Shown here one piece after another: positions 12,762-25,075 of a stretch of 64,000 nt of DNA. The position numbers and the translations under genes were made by a program. Source of the stretch: Cycas panzhihuaensis (taxonomy: Eukaryota > Plantae > Cycadophyta); contig CM041465.1 of NCBI GenBank assembly GCA_023213395.1, forward strand, positions 202,003,741 to 202,067,740, read 5' to 3'. The notes beneath the pieces were generated by a model. The model searched no databases, was not told where the DNA came from, and saw only the letters and a list, made by a program, of their open reading frames with translations. Numbering within the stretch: the first letter of the stretch is position 1; each line of letters starts with the position of its first letter.

Positions 12762-14958
12762 GTTTCTGTTATAAGGCTTGAAGCTAGCAGATAACTTGGA
12801 AACTGAAAGCTTTCATCGCTTAAGTTCCACCTTCTAACGAAACCAACAGTCCTGATCTTACTAGAAGATCCAACAACTGAATGAAATGATGGAGGGTGGA
12901 GGACTAGGCTATGGAGTTGGTCCAACTCTGATCTATAGAAGAGATCCAACAGTTGGCCAAGTTAAATCTAGGACAAGGCAGGTAGGGTTGATCTGCATGG
13001 ACGTACCATGCTTTCCCTGGGATTCATAGCTCCAATAACACCCTTTTCGAACCTCCTTTCCCTCAAGCAACCTTAATTGTCGTGCATTGACCGTATGGTT
13101 GGTTGGTCCCCTAGGGAATGCACAAAGCTTAAGGTTATTTCAGAGGCAAGGTTTGAACCTTTTTTGGGCCTCTCCAACAAGATTTTAAGTCACTTTTTAA
13201 AAGTTTTAAAGTGAACTTAGATTTATTTTTACTTGGATGATGTACTTATGAGAATGCTTGATTAAGCTTTACAATGAAAGTGGCTTCAAAAAAGGAAGCA
13301 AATTTAGTACATCAATATGAACACTTAAAGTGTTGTTACAATGAGCACTTAAAGAGGTGTAGTGCTTATGTAGATCCAAGTAAAAACAGATGTTTGATTA
13401 CAATGAGTTTTGCAAAAAAGTACTTTGAAAATGTGCTTAAGTACTCAATGAAGCAAAGCAAAAACTTTGTGATGAAGATACAAATGGGTTGCTTTTAATG
13501 CTCAAAAGTGAAGGTAAGAGAACCACTTGCAAAGTAGGACACCAAGCACCAAGTGTTGGGACTTTAAAATAGTCCCAACGATAAAAAAGGAAGTGATTTT
13601 ATTAAGTACAAAGTATTTTTTGAGCCCTTTTTGTGACTAAGGGCAATAGGTCACCATGCAAGGTGCCTTAAAAAAGTGTTTGAAAATAGTGATAAATATC
13701 ACTTTTACAATATGCAAACACTTAAAATCACTTCACTTAAGTCAATTAACACTCATGCAACATTAATTAAGTGTTAAAAGAAGCTTAAAAAGCCAAGAAA
13801 ACATAGGTTGAAATTTGAATTTTTTTGCAACTTGATCAGTAAGGACACCACGCAGGGAGCCTTTGAGAAAACTTAAACAAAAGTATTTTTGAGTCTTCAA
13901 ATAAGTGAGTTTAAGTTAGTATTGGTGATTTAATAAGATCACTCAATACTTAGAAGATTTTTAGCTCCAAAAATTCAAAAAAAAGGTGATTTTTCTCTGA
14001 AGAAAAATTTAAACTAAGGTCACTATGCAAAGTGCCTTGACTAGAAAAATGACTTAATAAAGAGAAAAAATCACTTTTGATGTAGAAAAATACTTGAAAA
14101 ACCCTTGATTTAGTCTAGAGTGCCATCAAAAAATGAAATGACTAAAAATCACTTTAAATCTTGGCTAAAAAAAGTGAATTTTTAATATGTTTAAGTGACT
14201 TAATAATCACTTAATATAAACTTTGGGCTAAAAAACGGATTATGTAAAAGGGAATATGCTCAGGATATTCCAACACTCATAACCTAAAATTAGAAAGTGA
14301 ATGTTTAGGATCGAAAATTTTTGAAAAAAAGGAATAAAAACCGATTTCGAAAAATCGCCGAATGGCGGCGGAGGTTAGGCGGCGGCTGTGGAGGTTCAGT
14401 CGTTCGAATCTCCGCGTACAAAACTCCGTTCGGGCTGAGATTTCAGCCACAGGGGTGCAGTACCTGTACGGAGATTCCTCTTAAGTTTCAAGACTTGAAA
14501 CTTCTTATTGAGTGAGAACGGTCCAGTAGAGCTAAACGGAGGGCGCCCCTGTCACTGGGAAAAAATGACTGTTGTACGGCTGTGTAGGGTTCAAAACCCT
14601 TCATCTTTGCAATGAGCTCCTTCTTTGGACTCTGTTACAGCTGCATGTAGGGTCAAGTTTAAAATTAGCTTAAAAAGTTTGATTTTTAATGAAAAACCAT
14701 GAAAAAACGTGAGTACTTTTGCTCAAAACCTTGAAGGTAATCCGAAAAAAAAAATTTCAGATTTGAATATAGAAATCTCCAGCCTTTTAAAAAATTACTC
14801 CAACAGCTTGAACCTACAAGAAATGGTCTTCAAGCAAACCTTGGATCGCCTTCGGAGAGCGAAGGTCGTCACCAAGGGTTTGTAGGCTTTCTTCGAATCT
14901 CCTTGAGTAGTAACAAACAGAACAAAGGGAACTAGTCTCCTCTTGCTCTGATACCAAA

Positions 14959-15512
14959 TGTGAAAAGAGGCCTAATGGCCCCACAATCCCAAGATCTAGA
15001 AGCTAGGTTCACTCTAGTTCTAGAAGGCACAAATGCTTAACAAGTATAACACTCTCAAGATAAAAGAAAGCATAAGAGACAAAGCATAAAATGAAGGAGC
15101 AAGAGAAATGATACCAAATGTGTGGAGTTGGAATTGCTCCAACCTCCAAAAGAATAAACAGTTTGATTAGCAAACTGACAGCATAACAATACAACTCCTA
15201 CTCACTTATGAGACAAGGAGGAGAGGTCTCATTATATAGAATGAAATGAGAGACCTAAGGCCTTGGATGTTTGACAAGTGTCAAACATCCAAGATACATG
15301 CCTTGCATGTATGACGTGTCCTTTTGGGCTCTCATGTGAGCAAAAGTGCATGGGGGTCCATTTGACCCTTTAGTGACAACGTTGTGTCACTAGAAAGAAT
15401 GTGGGTGTGCACTTTATCACTCAAGTGATAAGTCACCCCTAAAGGACAAAAGTACACATATTATATAAAAATTAAAGTACATAATCTTAACATGTAAACA
15501 TAAGGTTTAACA
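14959..15512 (-). repeat. Copia A 5' LTR (554 bp)
   Basis: TG...CA ends on the minus strand; matches 9253-9633; adjacent PBS. Confidence 0.93.
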
Positions 15513-16358
15513 TATGTGTCCCAATGCATTTAAGGGTAATACACACATGTAACTAAGTGGCCATTAGGCTATTGGTCAATAAATAAGTGTTATGTGGTTG
15601 GTTATGTTGGAGGTCATTTATCCCACATGTAACACAAGTCACACTACTCTCTCCCACCTATGATGTATAAATAAGTGGTTGAGATAGAGTAGAATACATT
15701 GAGTCAAGATGGAGTTCATTATGATATTATTGTTATGTTGTCCTTTTGATGCAATCTCTTTCATCATGAGTTAATGCTATCATAGTATGTTCATATTATT
15801 TGCTCTATGATTCTTGTATGTTGGATGATATCTTTGTATATTCTAACATGGTATCAGAGCAGGTTGCATGTTAAGGCTATTGTTGCATAGGTTCTCCAAG
15901 TTTTTGATAAGAGGTGGCTCCATTAAGTTGATTATCGGTTTGAGGATTTGAAGTGGGAAGGTGAAATCCCAAGGACATCACTGTTGCAAAGTGTGCCAAG
16001 TGTTGATGCGAAACAAATTTTTTTCGGGTAATATTGTTCTTTTGCTTTGTAAAGAAAGTCTTGTGCCAAGAGTTTGTGGTTACATGTGAATGTTTTGAAT
16101 TTGTTACACTGAATTCTATTTGAAAGTGAAGAAGGGTTTTGCGAATTTATGAAACTAAGGGCAATATGTTATTTTGAATTGTTAGCTGTTGAAACCCATT
16201 TATACTAGTAGAAGTATGTGTTGGTTAGTACCTATTAAGTACTGGTCATAATATTCAACCAAAAGCTTCAATCATTAGGGGTGACTATTCAAAAAAATCC
16301 AATGGTTGGAATATAAAGGCACTATAGCTCAAATTTCTATGTAGAAGTATGATCACAG

Positions 16359-16870
16359 TTAGACAGCCATCTTGGGGGTCTCATAACTAAAGTCACAAAG
16401 AAGTAGGAGCCTTCTGAGAAACCTGGATGTTGGCACAGACGTTAGAGGATCATACGACTGAGAATCTTTCCATGGGAGTAATGATCTCTGTATGACAATG
16501 TTTCTGCTGATGTTGGCACTGGTCTGATCAGTGTAGAGCTGCACCGTCTTCCACCACTCACCCACAGAAGGAATCTTGGTGCTGGAAGAGATGGATAACA
16601 GGAACTCCTTGATAATCCTCTTATCCTTGTTATCCCAACTGCCATACCAAATTGTGTGAATGTTGATAGCAGAGGTTAGCACAAATCCCATGTGATACCG
16701 CATCTTCACAAAAGGCGAAGATCCCTCATTCTTCCTTGAAACTCGAAACAAAGATGCGGCCTTTGTAGATCCATTAGTACTCTGTTGGAAATATTCAGGC
16801 CAGGGCCTCCATCCCTCTACTGGTACCAAAAACCAGTCAAGGAAGCTCTAAAGTAGAAACCCATCACCCC
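16359..16870 (-). pseudogene. Captured EXORDIUM-like / PHI-1 family gene fragment (N-terminal half, EXL3-like) inside element B
   Basis: GWRPWP; MRYHMGFVLTSAINIHTIWYGSW; PSVGEWWKTVQLYTDQTSANIS; after a frameshift DHYSHGKILSR; these are EXORDIUM-like family motifs. Confidence 0.88.
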
Positions 16871-17236
16871 TCGAATCCTACAACAAACAAGAATGCTTCC
16901 TTGCAGAACTATCAGGAAAGGATACTTTGAAACCCTAGCTATAAAACCTGAAGACATGTATTTCTAAATTCCCTATACGTAAAGCTGTGTAAATATCTGT
17001 TCGTACTGCACTCAATGGGGAGAGGAGCAAAGAAGAACACAACATTGATGGCGCCACATTGAGTGCTTACACGGAAACCTCCAAAGGCATTTTCGGTTGC
17101 CTGATAACGTCAAAATAGATGAGTTAAACACTACTTTGAGAACGGGGTGCTGACCGAAGCAACCAGAGCCAAAGCCGGAGGTTAAGCCCATTGAGATCTC
17201 TGGTTATAGATTCAGTGTGGGGCACGGGCCTTTTGG

Positions 17237-17445
17237 TCAACCATCAAGACAACTTGCGCAAGATGAATTAATTCCATTTTGAATGCTTGTTGTCGAAGGC
17301 GAGGACTTGACTGTGGGACCTTGACGCCAGAGAAAATGGAGATATAGAACTTCACTTATCAAAGTTTGGTCTGAACGAACAACTTTATTGTTGGTAAAAT
17401 AATCATCGTCATCGTACAATCAGACCGCCTCCTCTATATATTCAT
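17237..17445 (-). pseudogene. Possible second captured host-gene 5' fragment (conserved uncharacterised plant protein)
   Basis: DQTLISEVLYLHFLWRQGP resembles an N-terminal EV(I/L)YLHxLWxQGP motif recalled from an uncharacterised plant family (At1g78810-like); unverified. Confidence 0.45.
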
Positions 17446-18098
17446 CAGGAATTCAAAACACTCTGCTTCTGCTACTCTGCCCCTAGCTAACGCCGAAACA
17501 CAAAGCTCAAACGGGTTTTCTCAAAGGGACAAATACATAAACAGAAATTAGTCTTGAAATCTTCGTAAATGCAGAGATGAAGTGTTGTTAGAGTTATTGA
17601 AACTTGGTTAATATCCACAGATGTTAATTATCATAATGCGGATTTAATAATTTTTTACAAAGGTTCATAAAATTTAACCAGATTGAAATTCTCTTTCAGA
17701 TCCACAGATTTCAAATGGAATAGAGTGAGTTTATTTTTTTGCAAAATCAAAATTTGATTCAACATAATTGAAATCTCATTTGAGATCCATTAGCCTCTTT
17801 TTGCTCAGCAAGTGGTCACATGGTGAGTTTTAGTGACCAATGGCTAATTAGCCTAAAGGGATTAAGGCTACCTTAATTCAATTTAGTGCTTAAGAAGGTC
17901 TTTATACAATTTTTGTAATATCTCTCTATCCAAGAACCTATTTTCTAAACAGTTTATGGTGTTGGAATCATATCTCAGAGACGGACTTTTTGATATGGGA
18001 TTAAAGATATTTGTTGTTGTTTTAATGGAGCTTTTCCTGTTCAAAGCTGATGCATGAACTCTTAGTGATGTGCTTGTAATCAAGTCAATCTTTTTATC

Positions 18099-19300
18099 AT
18101 GGAACTAGAGGACATTATTATTTTTGTGCCAGAAAAGAATGAATTTTGGTTAACAGATATTCCCCAGGCCTTACCCAAGTATATTAGAACTAATTTTCGT
18201 ATTTGGAAAATTAAAATGGAGTGTATATTTATCGCAAAAAAGTCAAGAGAAATTGTTCGTGATGGCACTTCAAAGACTAATGAAAAAGGGGAGGAAAGCT
18301 TTAAGGAAAAGAATCATGTAGCTATTGATGTGATTCTTGTAGCATTTGACAAAGAGAACCTCCCCTCTTCATATCAATTCCTTGTTCATGCAATTCATAA
18401 TGCTAGCACTGCTAACGAGGCATGGAATCTTCTAAAAGATGTGTATGAAAGGAGCCCTCAAGACGTGTAAGAGGATCTTGAAAGGGTTAACATAGTTATT
18501 GATGACTGCAATTTAGATAAAGAAGATGATGAAAATTGTACCAGTGATACGAATGAAAAGGTATGTGAAGAAACCAACGAGATTACTAATGAAACTACTG
18601 TTAAATGCATTCATGACATGAAGAGCATACTATAGGTGATTGTGATGAAGCAATTGGAATTCCTTTAGATGAATTTATTGTTTCGTGGGAGGATGAATTT
18701 GATGAAGTGAAATCTGTTCCCATTTCTGATTCTGTTATTGATTTTAATCCTAATTGCTCTCAAGATGATGAAGACTTTCCACTTAAAGTTGAAGGAATTA
18801 TTGAGAAGCAACATATACAGGATAATGATGACTTATAAAATGTTGATGTTCATTCACCATTTGATGACATGTCTTCACATTTGGATGTTGATGGTATTGA
18901 TTCTTCTCTTGTTGACTTATCTTCAAATGTTGACATTTGTTCAATAATTAATGATCAATCATATGTTGAAGGAAGTGAAAGCAAACAGGTGGTGATGAAA
19001 ACATTGATTGAAGACATACTTGATGTACACTTTGAAGATGCTTTTGATGAGTACATGCAGGATCACCTAACAGGTCTACATTAGGCTCAAGTTGATTTGA
19101 CCATGATCTACTACATAAAGGATTCACTATTGTATATGAAGATGAAGAAGGCAAAGTTCAAGAATCATCACTCTAGGGGAATACTCCAAGGATGACACTG
19201 TAGGAATGAAGACAAAGGTCAAGGCGAAGATATTGTGTTTAAGACTATTCCAAGATCAAGACTTTGCAAATTCAAAGAAGGCAAAGTACATGTTGACCAA
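18099..19300 (+). pseudogene. Element B gag remnant (Copia gag N-terminus) followed by a decayed acidic D/E-rich tail
   Basis: TNFRIWKIKMECIF...ASTANEAWNLLKDVY; no PR, INT, RT or RH before the PPT. Confidence 0.75.
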
Positions 19301-19412
19301 ATTAAAAGTCCACTAGAAGTCATGTTTAATGTCCTAAGTCTATTGTCAAGTGTCATATTAGTCTTTAGTATTTAGTCCTTTTGTAGTCATGACATTAAAC
19401 ATTATGGGGAGG

Positions 19413-19772
19413 TGTTGGAAGATAATGTTTAATGTGTATGTGTCCCAATGCATTTAAGGGTAATACACATGTGCAACTAAGTGTTCATTAGGCTATTGGT
19501 CAATAAATAGGTGTTATGTGGTTGGTTATGTTGGAGGTCATTTATCCCACATGTAACACAAGGCACACTACTCTCTCCCACCTATGATGTATAAATAAGT
19601 GGTTGAGGTAGAGTAGAATACATTGAGTCAAGATGGAGTTCATTATGATATTATTGTTATGTTATCCTTTTGATGCAATCTCTTTCATCATGAGTTAATG
19701 CTATCATAGTATGTTCATATTATTTGCTCTATGGTTCTTGTATATTGGATGATATCTTTGTATATTCTAACA
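19413..19772 (+). repeat. Element B 3' LTR
   Basis: TGTTGG...CTAACA; near-identical to the split 5' LTR. Confidence 0.95.
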
Positions 19773-20079
19773 CAGGGGACTACAATCACATGGTACAATT
19801 ATTATGAAAGGGTGCAGGTGATGGACTGGAAAGCACTTAGTAAAGAATGTTGCAAAACTTTCATGTACCATAGTAATAATAGACGGATCCAAGAAATTTT
19901 GACTGTTTTCAAGAATAGAATGATGGAAGAAGAACAAAGCTACTATCAAGCCGAGATGGTGAAGGATGAATAAGAAAAGAATCACAAATTTCCACCAGAT
20001 TATTCCATTGTGGAATATGGAAACTGAGCAATTGATCAAACACCAGCCTATGAATTAAAAGAAGATAGAAAGGCAGTAT

Positions 20080-22870
20080 AAGGTGAACAGTTGAAATTAA
20101 GACAAATAAATTTGGGAACGACAGAGCAACCCTAGATAATCTCTATGGGAGATTACTGGGATGCAAAAATAGTTTAGCAAGCCATGACATTATTCTTGGA
20201 ATAGAAGGACAACTTTACTTGGTCATATCCAGATTTGAAAGGTATACCATTTGAACTTGGAGAGCATAAGATTGAGTTAATTGAAGGAGCAAAGCCTGTG
20301 CGACAATGCCCTTATTGAATGAACCCCAAATACAAAGAAAAAGTAAAAGCAGAACTGGACAAATTACTAAAAGATGGCTACATATTTGAAGTTGAAACAG
20401 GTGAATGGGAGAGTCCAGTGGTAGTGGTACTAGAAAAGAATGGGAAAGTGTGATTTTGCGTAGATTATAAAGCTCTGAATAGAGCGACGAAGAAAGATCC
20501 CTTCTTGATTCCATTCACTGAAGACATTCTTGAAAAAGTAGTAGGTCATGAGATATATTCTTTCACAGATGGTTTTAGTGGATACAATCAGGTTAGAATT
20601 GCCACACAGGACCAGCTAAAAATGACCTTTGTTATGGAATGGGTTAACATATGCGTATAAAGTGATGCCTTTTGGATTGAAAAATGTACCAACCACCTTT
20701 CAAAGGATAATTTTGAATATTTTTCGGCAACGATTGGTAAATCAATTGAGGTATTTCGGGATGATTGGATAGTATACACGCTGTTAAAGAATCACTTGGC
20801 AAACTTGAGGCTAGTGCTTGAGACTTGTAGAAGAAGCAAGTTATATTTGAATCTAGCTAAACGCACATTTCTGGTTCCATTCAGATCCTTACTTGGACAT
20901 GTTGTGACCAAAGAAGAACTACAAACAGACCCAAATAAGGTAACAATAATTTTGAATTTTCCCATACCAAAGATAGTGAACAAGTAAAAGGATTTTTGGG
21001 TATGATGGGATATTATAGAAAATTTATTAAGGGATACACCCAGATCGCAAATCCATCAGAAACCCTGCTTAAGAAAAAAATAACATGGCAATGGGAGCTA
21101 TGGTAGCAATTAGCATTCAATCTACTAAAGACAAAGATTGCGAAAGCTCCAATTTTGAGATTTCCAGATTGGGATAGACCTTTTCATGTGCATGCGGATG
21201 CTTCACTAATGGCAGTTGGATGTGTGTTCGCTCAACCCGACGATGACAGTAAGATCTTCCCATTTACTTTGCCAGTCGTAAACTGTCATCAGTAGAACAT
21301 AATTATTCTGTGATAGAATGTGAAATTTTAGGCATGGTGTATGCCTTACAAAAATTTAGGTATTACCTGTTAGCCAACCCCTTCATTTTCTTTGTAGATC
21401 ATCTAGCTTTGAAATATCTAATAAATAAACCAATTTTATAGGGAAGGATCAACAGATGGTTGATGTTGTTCCAATAATTTAACTTTAAGATCATTGTAAA
21501 GAAGGGAGAAAAACATATAATGCCAGATGTACTATCAAGAGAAGTTGAAGGGAGAACTAGCCACAGGAATAGTTGATGACTTTCCTTATGCCAAATTATT
21601 CTCTGCGGAAGTAGTTCCAAAATGGAACGAAGATATTGTAGAGTATTTAGCTACGAATTAAACACCAAAAGGGTTGGAGCGAGTGGAATGACAGAGCTTC
21701 ATTCGAAAATTTTTTCCCTTCTAGTTAATTCACGGCATGTTGTACAAACTGGGTCTAGATGGGGTACTATGAAGATGTGTTCTGAAACATGAAGTACATG
21801 CGATCTTGCAAGAAGCCCATGAGGGGGTGGTAGCCAAGCATCAAGGCATCGAACCAATGGTACAGAAGATTTTATTGGTAGGCCTGTGGTGGCCAACAAT
21901 ATTTGAAGATACTAATAAATGGGTCTGAAGCTGCGATGTTTGCTAATGTGTAGGCAAGCCTGGAAAAAACCATTTCATGCCTCTGCATCTAATTTTGGCA
22001 TGGGCACCATTTGAAAAGTGGGGATTGGACTTTATTGGACCAATTAGCCCTCCTACGAAACGAACGAATGCAAGGTATATAATAGTGGCTACTGATTTTT
22101 TCACAAAATATATAGAAGCTAGACCTCTCAAGAATTGTGACGTCAGAAGCACTACCAAATTTTTATATGAAAATATTATAGTTCGTTTTGGTTGTCCTTT
22201 AGAATTAGTATCAGATCAAGGAACTAGTTTTTTAAATAGTACTATAAAACATTTGACTAGTGAGTTTATGATCCAGCATTATCAATCTTCCCTATATTAT
22301 CCTAGAGCTAACTGTTAGGTTGCAAGTACTAATAAAATTTTGAAGTTAGCCTTAACAAAGATCTGCAGCAAGGGAAGAACAAATTGGGCAGAACGATTAT
22401 CCTTTGGGCGGATAGAACGACAATCAAGCGACCACACAAGCAAACACCATTTCAACTGGTATACAACTTAGAAGTGGTACTTCCATTGGAATTCCAAGCA
22501 AAAAGTCTTCAGTGGCAGTCCAAATGCGCATAGACGAACCAAACTCTTGGAATGAAAGGATCATGGAGCTATTGAAGTTGGATGAAAAAAGAGCCCGAAC
22601 ATTGTGGAAATTAAAAACGGGAAAAAAATGACGAAAGGCATGGCACGATTGACATCTGCAAGTACCAAAGTTCCATGAAAATGATTGTGTTAATGTACGA
22701 CAGTAAGTTTCGAATAAAACCAGGCAAGATGAAATTGCGTTGGTTAAGACCGTATAAAGTATTGCACATTAGGAGAGATGGGGCAGTCTAGCTCGGACAG
22801 CTCGATGAGAAGATCCTTCCCAAGGTAATTAATGGGAGTAGACTAAAGCTTTACACAGCAAGATAAAAAA
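20080..22870 (+). pseudogene. Gypsy-2 pol (RT, RNase H, integrase), decayed
   Basis: SFTDGFSGYNQVRI; VFRDDWIVY; FHVHADAS; APFEKWGLDFIGPI; LVSDQGTSF; YYPRAN. Confidence 0.93.
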
Positions 22871-23302
22871 TAAATAAATAAATAAATAATTGATACAAAA
22901 CATAAGGCAGTAAATGTTGACATCATTAAAAGGAGAACCCTCAACGTGCAATTAAGGGAAGAATAAGATTGTGATTGATGCCAAATCCATAAATGATGGC
23001 TGTGAACAAAGAGAATGTGACTATTACAATGGGAAAAATTGATCGCAATCCAAGTGGGTAGAGTTTCCGTGATTGCGATAAGACAAGAATGGGACGGGTG
23101 CATTAATATGACAGTTATGAACCAACTTTCTCTTTTAGGCTTGGTGATAATTGAATTGCACAAATAAAACAGACTTGGCAACAATTCCTGAGTGAGTAGC
23201 GCAGAAGGGAGAAGCACAACCATGGCGACAACGGAGTTGCAACGGATGATAGTAACGTTCAGGGAATCAGACAATGATCAAATAAGGAAGCAATGGTAGG
23301 AA

Positions 23303-24926
23303 ATGAAGCCCAAAGAAGAATGCAAAAAGAGGTTATCAACTTCGAGACTAAATCGATATATAGTGGTTGGCGTTCTCCCGAATGTATACAATTTTCTTTT
23401 AATAGTAATCGCAATAGTGGCATGGAGACCATCTCTATTAGACTTTTCTACTAAAGCAGTTGCAAGGGTAACATGGTTACCAAATGAAGGGCTAGATATT
23501 CCCAAGGATAAACAAATATCCAGGGAACAAGCGGCACATAGAATAGGGCAAAAGACTCCGACGTTTCTAGTTCAGGAATTCAAATTTTTGGGATTTCATC
23601 TAAGGAAATGCAATGGATAGCTCATTTCCTATTGACAAGAGTAATATTAGGACAAAAGAATTCATTTGTCCCCAGTCATTTGCGCACAATGTTAATAAGA
23701 GTTACAGAGGGTCACAAATTCAATTGGGCCTAGTTTGTCTCTAGCAAATTTGTGAGGAATTTGGAAGCTATAAAAGGTGCTACTCAATCCATTCTATTTT
23801 TCTATCCTACTCTACTTCAGGGATTATTGTTTTCACAGTGCCCTGGAATCCAACTCCCTGAGTTTGAGGAAGGACAACCTCTGTTGGCAAAATGGACAGA
23901 ATTATTCTCAAGACAGCGTGGACATGGTTCTCTGCCATTGACTAAGTTACATGAACAAGTTAGTAACTGGCTCCACCTACAGTGGCAAGCTAGCACTCCC
24001 TAGTTGCATCTAGTGAAGGAGGAAGAAATAGAGGAAAAGTCGCGAGTAGGGGCGACCTCATGGACTCGAACAAGGGTACAAAATCAAAAGAAAAAAGAGG
24101 AAGAGAGTAAGAAAGCAGAAATAAGAGAAGGGAAATGAAAGGTGGAGGAGGAATCTGGCACGGGTAAGGATGGAGCGGAGCAACTAGAGAAAAAGTCAAG
24201 AACAGTTGAACCATTGAAATGTGAAGAAGAAGAGAAACAGAGGAAGAGGAAACAAGCAGCGGAGAAAAGACGTCAAGAAATTTTAGAAATATTGAATAAT
24301 CAAACACCAGAAGTAGAATTTAATCAATCGGAGGATTATCTAGAAGAAGGCCTGGACCGAATGAGTTGTGACCCGCAAGATGTCTCGCAGGGGAAAACTT
24401 CTTTTTTGGCAAAGGTAATGAGACAACTTATGACAAAGTTGGAACAAAGGAACATAAGACCCCCACTAGATATGCTATGCAAAGGATTCAAAATCTTGAA
24501 GAAAAGCTGGTAGATACAGAAGTCCGCTTGGAATTTTTGAAAAAAATTATTATGACTTGGGTGAAAAATACCGATGTCATTACTCCTAAGGTATAAACTT
24601 TTAGAGGTTGCTTCCACCAGGAAATTCCCCCTGGCCTACATGATGTAATTTATATGCTAGGAGCTTGGATCCTATAGGCGGAAGAAGATGCAGCACATGT
24701 AAATAAATTTTGGAGTAAAATACATAATTTGCATCAGGAACTGATTAGAATAGAGCAATTGCACAATGAGGCAACAATGGAAATCACACTATTGCATAGA
24801 GGGGAAAAGCCTACACTGGCACAATTGGATGCATTGCGGCATGTTGCAATTTTAGTTGATCATTGTCGATCACAAGGGGTATGGGTTTTGCTAACTATTG
24901 CAAAACCTGATACAAATTATATTTGA
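23303..24926 (+). pseudogene. Extra 3' ORF of Gypsy-2 (homolog of 4490-5640) with a charged coiled-coil C-terminal part
   Basis: MQWIAHFLLTRVILGQKNSFVPSHLRTMLIRVTEGHKFNW aligns with the Gypsy-1 extra ORF; EEEKQRKRKQAAEKRRQE. Confidence 0.6.
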
Positions 24927-25075
24927 CAAGCAATGAATCGAATACATAAAGAGATGGAGGATGCATAGCATGTGCCTCTACCTTAAAAATTTTTTGGGGA
25001 AGAGAAAGGTTGGAAGATACAAAAAAAAATTGTAAAAACAAGTAAGGATACTCATTGGTTTTGTGATGGAGGAGA

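Larger units (their letters stand above)
9253..15512 (-). mobile_element. Copia A inserted in the 5' LTR of B; a deletion removed the RT C-terminus, RNase H, PPT and part of the 3' LTR
   Basis: 5' LTR 14959-15512; truncated 3' LTR 9253-9633; PBS at 14945-14956 (minus strand); flanking duplication TATGTG; RT runs directly into LTR sequence at about 9634. Confidence 0.93.
9223..19772 (+). mobile_element. Element B: non-autonomous Copia-derived LTR element (gag remnant, no pol; TR-GAG-like) with captured host gene fragments
   Basis: 5' LTR 9223-9252 plus 15519-15848 (split by Copia A); 3' LTR 19413-19772 (360 bp); Met-tRNA PBS TGGTATCAGAGC at 15849; PPT ATGGGGAGG; TSD TAGGG/CAGGG. Confidence 0.92.

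Noticed and set aside
15849-15860. TGGTATCAGAGC copies as tRNA genes
   Set aside because: They are 11-13-nt primer-binding sites complementary to initiator Met tRNA, not tRNA genes.
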